The translations under genes and the position numbers were made by a program. The notes beneath the pieces are model-generated. The model worked only from the letters and a program-made list of their open reading frames with translations, had not been told where the DNA came from and did no database searches. DNA of 64,000 nucleotides, taken from NCBI GenBank assembly GCA_964488805.1, contig CAZAVU010000009.1, positions 7,437 through 71,436 on the forward strand, written 5' to 3'. Below are positions 57,901 through 64,000 of the stretch, piece by piece. The number at the start of each line of letters is the position of its first letter. The first letter of the stretch is position 1. The DNA is from an uncultured Odoribacter sp. Its GTDB lineage: Bacteria > Bacteroidota > Bacteroidia > Bacteroidales > Prolixibacteraceae.

Positions 57901-58191
57901 CTGGCCGATAACGATGTAAAAGCCACCCGCTTGTATTGGCCGGATGAAACAGATAAACATCCGAATACGCTCGAATACATCAAGGACAAGAAAATTGACC
58001 TGGTGATCAATATTCCGAAAAACCATACCAGCCGCGAAATCAGCAATGGGTACACCATTCGCCGGAGTGCTATTGATTACAGCATCCCGCTGATTACCAA
58101 TGCTCGGGTGGCCAGCGCCTTTATTTATGCGTTTTGCAAGTATGGGGTCCAGGATTTGCCCATAAAAAGCTGGGACGAATACAAAGATTAA
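54958..58191 (+). CDS. carB: Carbamoyl-phosphate synthase large subunit
   Basis: 1077 aa; GEAGEFDYSG, two ATP-grasp halves (GIHTGES, GVHSGDA), C-terminal MGS-like domain. Confidence 0.98.
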   Translation: MINTEIKKVIVLGSGALKIGEAGEFDYSGSQALKALKEENVETILINPNIATIQTSEDIADRIYFLPVTPYFVEQVIIKEKPDGILLAFGGQTALNCGVALFKAGILEKYNVKVVGTPVQAIIDTEDREIFAGKLAEIDVKTPRSIACVNMEEAYEAVKTVGYPIIIRAAYTLGGLGSGFCANDEELEALASKAFTYSPQILVEESIKGWKEVEYEVVRDRFNNCITVCNMENFDPLGIHTGESIVVAPSQTLSNSEYHKLRALAIKIIRHIGIVGECNVQYALDPYSEDYRVIEVNARLSRSSALASKATGYPLAFVAAKLGLGYGLHQLKNQVTKVTTAAFEPALDYIVCKIPRWDLNKFSGVSKNLGSSMKSVGEIMSIGRSFEEAIQKGIRMVGIGMHGFVGNKDEITIEQIDEELIHPTDRRIFAIAEAFNKGYSVDDIYEKTKIDRWFLQKLHNIYETKKKLQKVGSLQSLDESLLLQAKKEGYSDFQIARLVMKSGNKAINNDLLKVREYRKSKNIVPYVKQIDTLAGEYPAQTNYLYLTYNGAEHDVDFARDDKSVIVLGSGAYRIGSSVEFDWCSVNAITTIHKENYRSIMINYNPETVSTDYDTCDRLYFDELSFERVMDIVDLEVPKGVVLSMGGQIPNNLAMKLYGQNVPILGTSPLNIDRAEDRQKFSTLCDTLKIDQPRWSELTSIEDIYTFVDEVGFPVLIRPSYVLSGAAMNVVSNKDQLEHFLNLAANVSKEHPVVVSEFIEQAKEIEIDAVAKNGEVVAYAISEHVEFAGVHSGDATIVFPPQKLYVETIRRIKKIARQIAKGLEITGPFNMQLLAKDNDIKVIECNLRASRSFPFVSKVMKYNLIEIATQVMLDVPFQTPDKSLFELDYVGVKAPQFSFARLLNADPVLGVDMSSTGEVACIGENFYEAILKSMLSVGYSVPKKNILISSGPARSKIELLSSAKMLADRGFHLYATGGTQKFLADNDVKATRLYWPDETDKHPNTLEYIKDKKIDLVINIPKNHTSREISNGYTIRRSAIDYSIPLITNARVASAFIYAFCKYGVQDLPIKSWDEYKD

Positions 58192-58236
58192 CGAATCATA
58201 GCGACTCTGATAATCTGATCGCTGTAATTGAAATAC

Positions 58237-58277
58237 AAAGGTCATCCTGACGCCAGTTCAGGATGACCTTTTTTATT
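58237..58277 (+). terminator. Intrinsic terminator after carB
   Basis: AAAGGTCATCCTGA-cgccagt-TCAGGATGACCTTT followed by TTTATT. Confidence 0.85.
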
Positions 58278-58469
58278 GAGCATTGCTATAAAAACAGTAT
58301 TTATCCGGACAAAATTTCTGATCGAATACTTGTCCATGCAATCTTGTAATGTTAAAATTGCATGTTATATAAGTAATGGGAATAAAGTCACTGATTGTCA
58401 GCTCTAATAAGGCTGGGGCAAAGTCTGATCTAAGATTCATTCCTCCAAACACATAAAACGTCCAGGCTA

Positions 58470-59036
58470 ATGATTGCATTTAGAAAATTCATAGAAGGTT
58501 ATACTGAGATTACTGATGAAGATTGGAATGTTATCACTGAAGCATTTGAACGAAAAGAATTTGCAAAGAATGAGATGATCCTGAACGAAGGTTGTGTTTG
58601 CCGTTATTTCTATTTCCTTGAATCTGGCCTTGTTCGTTTTTTTGTATATAAAGATGGCGATGATATCACCAAATTTTTTACCGTTGCTCCGTATTGCTTT
58701 ACTTCAAAAAACAGTTTCCGTAACCAGAAACCATCGCAGGAAAATATACAATCGCTTGAGAAAACGGTGGTCTGGCAAACTACTTTAAAACAGGCAACCG
58801 ATTTATTGAACCTGAAATCATGGAATACCTTTACCCGGAAATTTGTTCACGAAGTACAAAGCCAGACTGAAGAATTGCTCATGAGAAACAAAATTGAAAC
58901 AGCGGAAACCCGTTATTTCCAACTTGTAGATGAATATCCCGACTTGATTCAGAAAATTCCGCTCAAACATCTATCCTCCTTTCTTGGAATTGCGCCCCAA
59001 TCATTAAGCCGAATTAGAAAAAAACATGATTTCTAA
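58470..59036 (+). CDS. Crp/Fnr-family transcriptional regulator (Bacteroidota type)
   Basis: cNMP-binding fold (EG.VCR..YFLESGLVR) and C-terminal RY..L...P.L.Q.IPLKHLSSFLGIAPQSLSRIR. Confidence 0.9.
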   Translation: MIAFRKFIEGYTEITDEDWNVITEAFERKEFAKNEMILNEGCVCRYFYFLESGLVRFFVYKDGDDITKFFTVAPYCFTSKNSFRNQKPSQENIQSLEKTVVWQTTLKQATDLLNLKSWNTFTRKFVHEVQSQTEELLMRNKIETAETRYFQLVDEYPDLIQKIPLKHLSSFLGIAPQSLSRIRKKHDF

Positions 59037-59039
59037 AAG

Positions 59040-59053
59040 TTAACATAGGTGAA
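59040..59053. promoter_or_regulatory. Candidate binding palindrome for the adjacent Crp-family regulator
   Basis: TTAAC-ATAG-GTGAA (TTAAC-N4-GTTAA with one mismatch) immediately after the regulator's stop codon. Confidence 0.5.
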
Positions 59054-59108
59054 GCATTTTTGAGTTTTGTTTGCCGACTTTTGTTCAACGAAATCAATTA
59101 CAATTCAA

Positions 59109-60035
59109 ATGACCAGTTTTAAAAGCAGGATGTTCAATTTTCTGATAAGGAACAGACATCTTTTTCAAGGTAAACTAAAGAAGGAAGTGTATAACATGGA
59201 TACTTCTATTGCTCAATTTCGTGAGCTTTGTGAAAAAGGAGCATCCAGGTATGGAAAGATCCCGAAAGGAATTGTTGTTAAAGAACAAAACATCGAAGGG
59301 ATAAAATCAGAATGGTTGATCCCAGAAGGTACCCAATCTGAGAAATTAATTCTGTATGTTCATGGAGGAGGGTATGTTTCAGGCTCTTGCAATGATCATC
59401 GGGGATTTATTTCAAAATTTGCAAAAAACACCGGAGTTACCAATCTAATATATGAATACCGGCTGGCACCCGAACATCCTTTCCCGGCAGCCGTGGAGGA
59501 TTCTGTAAAAATGTATCAGTGGGTACTTTCAGCAGGGTATAAACCAGAAAATATTTTACTTGCCGGCGAATCAGCCGGAGGTGGATTGTGTCTGGCTGTT
59601 CTATTAGCTTTGAAGGAACGGCAAATTGCATTACCTGTTGCTGCGGTTGCCATTTCACCTTGGACAGATCTGACCTGTTCGGGCAGTTCATACACAACAA
59701 AAAATAAAAATTCAGCAGCTCCGCTATATAGCTGGAACGTTTTTAGTAAGCATTATATCGGGTCTTTTAGCGCGGACTTACCTTTAATCTCTCCTTTATT
59801 TGGCGATTTAAAAGGATTGCCTCCTTTGTTTATAAATTCAGGAACCAATGATGAATTGTATGATGATGGTGAACAGTTTTATCTCAAAGCAAAAGCAGCC
59901 GGGGTAAATGTTTTTTTCCGAAAAGGGGAAGGAATGATCCATTGCTATCCATTATTATCTCCAATTTTTCCGGAAGCCACTGAAGCGATGAACGAAATTG
60001 TTGACTTTATCAGGCTACAATTAAGAATTTTCTGA
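59109..60035 (+). CDS. Alpha/beta-hydrolase esterase (HSL / family IV)
   Basis: HGGGY oxyanion motif, YRLAPEHPFPA, GESAGG nucleophile, GMIHCY. Confidence 0.92.
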   Translation: MTSFKSRMFNFLIRNRHLFQGKLKKEVYNMDTSIAQFRELCEKGASRYGKIPKGIVVKEQNIEGIKSEWLIPEGTQSEKLILYVHGGGYVSGSCNDHRGFISKFAKNTGVTNLIYEYRLAPEHPFPAAVEDSVKMYQWVLSAGYKPENILLAGESAGGGLCLAVLLALKERQIALPVAAVAISPWTDLTCSGSSYTTKNKNSAAPLYSWNVFSKHYIGSFSADLPLISPLFGDLKGLPPLFINSGTNDELYDDGEQFYLKAKAAGVNVFFRKGEGMIHCYPLLSPIFPEATEAMNEIVDFIRLQLRIF

Positions 60036-60238
60036 AGAGCTGATTTTATTCATTAATCCTTCCTTAGACAAGTGTTCGATGCATTCATACCAAAGAAATC
60101 AGACGATGAATCTCGTAGAGTGAATATTTCAAGAATTTTTGGAGGCCAAGGCATGATTAATAGTTTGTTTTGTTAATATTGAATCCTTAAAATCAATACC
60201 AAGCAACCTATTTCAATCGTCTAGCTGACTATTCCTTT

Positions 60239-61123
60239 ATGAAACAAGTAATTTTTCTGTTGCTGGCAATTCTGCTGTTTAGTTGCAATCACGAATCTGC
60301 TCGGATTAAGACTTTGCAAAACAGGATTGATAGTTTGGAGAACAAGCTTCATAGTTGCCGGAGCAACGAGTTTCTGGTTCAGTCGGTCTTGTGGTTTCAG
60401 CATTCTCCTGAAATGCAAGCCCTGTACTTTCAAGGTTACAACGTGGCAAAAAAGGCGTTGGAATATAATCTTAAGCATAAGTTGTTTAAAGAGAAAAAGA
60501 ATGCTGTCGTAGTTGACCTTGATGAAACAATCCTGAATAATCATCTTTATGAGGGTTGGCTTTGTTTTTCAGAAAACGAATATTCTGACCAGAGCTGGAA
60601 TGCCTGGGTGCAGGAAGCCAGGGCTGAGTTACTACCCGGCGCGGCTGATTTTTTGAATTTTGCCAAAAATTTGGGTTGTGAAATTTTCTACGTTTCCAAC
60701 CGAAAAAGAGATCCCCTGTTTGAACCCACTTTACAGAATCTGAAAAAACTCAATCTTCCATTTGCTGATGAAGCTCATCTATTACTGAAAACAAAAGATG
60801 ATACCACCCTGACAGGAAAATCAACCAAAGCGAACAGGCGTTTAAAAATTGAAAACGAGTTGAATTGTGAGATTTTGCTGTTGTGTGGCGATCAAATAGC
60901 TGATTTTGATAAATGCTTTGACCTGGAAACAGATTCTTCTGAAAAACAAGTAAAAGATCGTATTCTCAAATATCAGGAGAGCTTTGGCCGTAGATTTATT
61001 GTTCTTCCTAATCCTATTTATTGTGATTGGCTGGATCAAATCATCAGAGGAAATAAAAATCCCCCATCTTCGCATCCCAATAGTTTTAGAAGAAACAATA
61101 TTGAGAAATGGGAGCATGAATGA
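60239..61123 (+). CDS. Class C acid phosphatase / 5'-nucleotidase lipoprotein e(P4) family (HAD)
   Basis: Lipobox LFSC; W.Q.S.E, DLDET, YVSNR, GDQIADF, LPNP.Y. Confidence 0.85.
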   Translation: MKQVIFLLLAILLFSCNHESARIKTLQNRIDSLENKLHSCRSNEFLVQSVLWFQHSPEMQALYFQGYNVAKKALEYNLKHKLFKEKKNAVVVDLDETILNNHLYEGWLCFSENEYSDQSWNAWVQEARAELLPGAADFLNFAKNLGCEIFYVSNRKRDPLFEPTLQNLKKLNLPFADEAHLLLKTKDDTTLTGKSTKANRRLKIENELNCEILLLCGDQIADFDKCFDLETDSSEKQVKDRILKYQESFGRRFIVLPNPIYCDWLDQIIRGNKNPPSSHPNSFRRNNIEKWEHE

Positions 61124-61158
61124 GCTTGTAAATCACCTAATAGCATAAAATATAAACG

Positions 61159-62103
61159 ATGAAAAAGAACGTATTTCTCTTATTGGTAACTTTTTGTTTA
61201 TTCTCAGCATTGTATGCCCAAAAATTAACGGTTGCTACCTATAACATCCGAAACGAAAATCAGGGCGATGTTGCAAATGGCAATGGATGGAAGCAACGAT
61301 GCCCGGTTATTACACAGCTTATTCGTTTTCATGATTTTGAAATTTTCGGAGCACAGGAAGTGCTTTTCGGTCAACTGAACGATATGCTGACCCAGTTACC
61401 CGGCTATGGTTACATTGGCGTTGGTCGCAACGATGGAGTCAATGCCGGTGAATTCTCTCCGATATTTTACAAAAAATACATGTTTAATCTGGTGCAGTCC
61501 GGTCATTTCTGGTTATCGGAAACCGAAGACAAACCCAATGTTGGCTGGGATGCTGCTTTGCCGCGCATTTGTACCTGGGGAAGATTCAGGATTAAGGAAA
61601 ACGGCAAGACCTTTTGGTTCTTCAATTTGCACATGGATCACATTGGCCTGCAAGCACGACTGGAGAGTTCAAAATTGGTGATTAAAAAAATACAGAACAT
61701 GTGCGGGAATGAACCGGTTATTCTTACAGGCGATTTTAACGTAGATCAAACCAGTGAAGGATACCAATATATTTCTGCTTCAGGAATATTGCAGGATTCC
61801 TATGAAACAGCCGACATTCGCTATGCCTTAAACGGAACATTCAATGATTTCATGCCTAACCTGAAGACCTCCAGCCGGATCGATCACGTTTTCGTCAGCA
61901 AAGGCTTTCATGTAGTACGTTATGGAGTGTTAACAGATACTTACAGGTCTGATGCAGATAAAGAAACCCCGGAAATCAAATCGTCCCAATTCCCAAAAGA
62001 AGTATCTCTGTCTGGGTTTGTGCCAAGGCTTCCTTCCGATCATTATCCTGTTAAGGTTGAATTATCATTTGGCAAAACAGGCAAGAATAAGAAGGTGAAA
62101 TAG
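61159..62103 (+). CDS. Exported endonuclease/exonuclease/phosphatase (EEP) family protein
   Basis: ATYNIR, G.QE, GVGR.DG..GEFSPIFY, H.DH, GDFN, IDH.F, SDHYPV. Confidence 0.9.
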   Translation: MKKNVFLLLVTFCLFSALYAQKLTVATYNIRNENQGDVANGNGWKQRCPVITQLIRFHDFEIFGAQEVLFGQLNDMLTQLPGYGYIGVGRNDGVNAGEFSPIFYKKYMFNLVQSGHFWLSETEDKPNVGWDAALPRICTWGRFRIKENGKTFWFFNLHMDHIGLQARLESSKLVIKKIQNMCGNEPVILTGDFNVDQTSEGYQYISASGILQDSYETADIRYALNGTFNDFMPNLKTSSRIDHVFVSKGFHVVRYGVLTDTYRSDADKETPEIKSSQFPKEVSLSGFVPRLPSDHYPVKVELSFGKTGKNKKVK

Positions 62104-62169
62104 TTAATTTCTGACTGTAACATCCCGCTCATGGATTCCGTTTACTAGCTTGATAAAAACATATTGAGC

Positions 62170-62655
62170 ATGAGATCAATACTTTTGATGCTGCTTTGTC
62201 TGATTTTTGCCTGTGCTCCCGAGTCAGAAAATCCTAAAGAAATGGAGCTGAGCATTCTGTTGCTTGGAAATCCCCAATGCAAGGGGGTAAAATCTGCGGA
62301 AATTAATACAACCGTTTCGCAAAGCTGCATAGAGTATACATTTGATCAGCAAGCAAAAAAACTCTGTTTGAAACTCATCAACGCAGGCTTCAATTGTTGC
62401 CCCGAAAGTTTGTGGTGCACAGTTATTTACCGGAACGATACAATCATTGTTCAGGAATTCGAGAAAAATATGGGCTGCAAATGCAATTGCCTTTATGATC
62501 TGGATATTGTGATTGACGGAGTTGTGCCTGGAGATTATCAGCTTCGGATGATTGAACCTTATCTTGGAACACAGCAACCCCTGATTTTTGAACTTGATTT
62601 GAAAAATAATAAAGAGGGGAGTTTCTGTGTGCCTAGGACTAATTACCCATGGTGA
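62170..62655 (+). CDS. Cys-rich hypothetical lipoprotein
   Basis: Lipobox IFAC; NCCP and CKCNC motifs; C-terminal YPW. Confidence 0.7.
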   Translation: MRSILLMLLCLIFACAPESENPKEMELSILLLGNPQCKGVKSAEINTTVSQSCIEYTFDQQAKKLCLKLINAGFNCCPESLWCTVIYRNDTIIVQEFEKNMGCKCNCLYDLDIVIDGVVPGDYQLRMIEPYLGTQQPLIFELDLKNNKEGSFCVPRTNYPW

Positions 62656-62760
62656 CCATCGTTTTATAATTATCTGATTCAGGCATTTAACGTTGTCTGT
62701 ATTTATTGATCCGGTGATATTCATTATATTTGCTGAACTTAAAATTTTAAACGTGCCGGA

Positions 62761-63174
62761 ATGAAAATCTGTCCCAATTGCAATGCTGAAGTTGATGATC
62801 ATTTTGAACTGTGCTGGAATTGTCAGTATAATTTCTCCGATGGAAATGTGGTGAATGATAGCGAATTCGTGGAAGTTTGTCCTGTCTGTAATGCCGAGGT
62901 CAATGCGTACCTGCATTTTTGTCCTTATTGTAAAGCCGATTTAAAAAGTGGAACAGAAGCAGGTAGCCAAGGAGTTCCGGGACCTGTAAAACAAATCGAT
63001 TGCCTGCGTTGCAAAGTCCCCATGTCTTTCAGTGGAAATTTCCGTTTTCACGAAGGAACCCGTATGGGCGCTATGGGCAATCTGTTCGAATTGTTTACCA
63101 ATCGTGAATCTTTCGATCTGTATTTCTGTCCGCAATGCGGAAAGGTTGAATTCTTTTTGCCTGAGATTGAATAA
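62761..63174 (+). CDS. Triple zinc-ribbon protein
   Basis: CPNC/CWNC, CPVC/CPYC, CLRC/CPQC pairs. Confidence 0.75.
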   Translation: MKICPNCNAEVDDHFELCWNCQYNFSDGNVVNDSEFVEVCPVCNAEVNAYLHFCPYCKADLKSGTEAGSQGVPGPVKQIDCLRCKVPMSFSGNFRFHEGTRMGAMGNLFELFTNRESFDLYFCPQCGKVEFFLPEIE

Positions 63175-63216
63175 ATATACTAATTAAACCTACATAACAC
63201 ACTAAATCAATTTATT

Positions 63217-63699
63217 ATGGCATCAACTGAAACTAATTTTGAATGTTGTTCTCCGTTTGATCCCACTCCCTGGGACGATCAGACATTTGAATGGAAAGAT
63301 AAACTTTTCATAAAAGACAAGGTTTGTACACTGTTTTACATGCCCATGAATTTTGGCAAAGTGATGAAAAGGCTCAATGAAAAAGTGACCAAAGCCGAAG
63401 CCATTATGCCCGATTGGATTTGTTTGTCGGATCATACTTCCAAATGGAACATGGATATTTACCTGGCCGTTGACCGGCAGGTTGCCGAAGCTGAAAACGT
63501 TACGCTAAGCGGTAAATTTTACAGCCGTGTTTACGAAGGTCCTTTTAAAGACACCGACAAATGGTGTAAGGATTTTGAAGAACAGGCTAAAAACAAGGGA
63601 TTTAACATCAAGAAGTGGTACATGTGGTACACCACCTGCCCCAAATGTGCTAAAAAGTACGGTAAAAATTATGTGGTTGTAGTTGGGCAGATTGGATAG
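63217..63699 (+). CDS. Conserved hypothetical protein (GyrI-like small-molecule-binding fold likely)
   Basis: CC..FDP.PWD, LSGKF.S.V.EGP, WYTTCPKCAKKYGKNYVV. Confidence 0.7.
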   Translation: MASTETNFECCSPFDPTPWDDQTFEWKDKLFIKDKVCTLFYMPMNFGKVMKRLNEKVTKAEAIMPDWICLSDHTSKWNMDIYLAVDRQVAEAENVTLSGKFYSRVYEGPFKDTDKWCKDFEEQAKNKGFNIKKWYMWYTTCPKCAKKYGKNYVVVVGQIG

Positions 63700-63703
63700 T
63701 GTT

Positions 63704-63741
63704 TTAACAGGCTGTCCAGAAAGTATCTGACAGCCTGTTAA
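63704..63741. terminator. Hairpin after the last complete gene
   Basis: TTAACAGGCTGTC...GACAGCCTGTTAA, 13-bp stem. Confidence 0.65.
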
Positions 63742-63946
63742 CTTGCGATCCTTTGAATAATTCGCCATCCTGTTCATCCTTAACTCTGTATATAATTGCC
63801 TTGTTTATAAGCAATTAAGAAATTATCTTAATTTAAACATAGGCAAGTCCTTTTCCAGACCTTAAAAATCTCTTTTCTTGACTTTATTTCAGCAAAGTGG
63901 AGGTTGTTTTATAAGGTGCAAAAGTTAACGTAAAAAATTCAAGAAT

Positions 63947-64000
63947 ATGGATGAGAATAGCGTTCCCGGTAAATTACCATCAGAATTAATTAACGAAAAA
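63947..64000 (+). CDS. Possible 5' end of a CDS running off the window
   Basis: ATG after an A-rich leader; MDENSVPGKLPSELINEK is open to the edge. Confidence 0.3.
   Translation, partial: MDENSVPGKLPSELINEK

Noticed and set aside
62224..62916. 230-aa minus-strand ORF
   Set aside because: Antisense to two plausible plus-strand genes and has no recognisable motifs; shadow ORF

Overview
A 64-kb, gene-dense chromosomal window from a Bacteroidota bacterium. Supporting signs are a SusC/SusD pair, TAnnTTTG promoter elements, the ffh-folD pairing and a Bacteroides-type argF'; a Prolixibacteraceae/Marinilabiliales-like placement is inference. No rRNA, tRNA, CRISPR array, transposase or prophage was recognised. 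Main blocks: (1) 1.4-20.7 kb, an ECF-sigma/FecR-controlled polysaccharide utilisation locus (PUL) with SusC, SusD and an SGBP. Its enzyme set is unusual: three DUF4434-like TIM-barrel putative glycosidases, a GH27 with an NPCBM module, an O-acetylesterase, a metallophosphoesterase, an exported ADP-ribosylglycohydrolase-fold protein and a stand-alone beta-propeller lipoprotein. This is the best candidate for an undescribed system, possibly degrading an O-acetylated, phosphate-containing glycan. (2) A LexA-like S24 repressor with tandem GATTA-N5-TAATC palindromes over its own promoter. (3) Housekeeping genes (ffh, folD, M48 peptidase, PUR-like protein, MATE, Tex, MutS2). (4) A DUF1080/Gfo-Idh-MocA/PmoA-like/cupin cluster resembling the oxidation-elimination route of glycoside cleavage. 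(5) A mixed arg/pro operon with a succinyl-type ArgF' (Pro90), divergent from carAB, with tandem ARG boxes and heptamer repeat arrays in several spacers. (6) A tail of Crp, esterase, phosphatase and Cys-rich genes. All family calls come from motif recognition by eye, not database searches.
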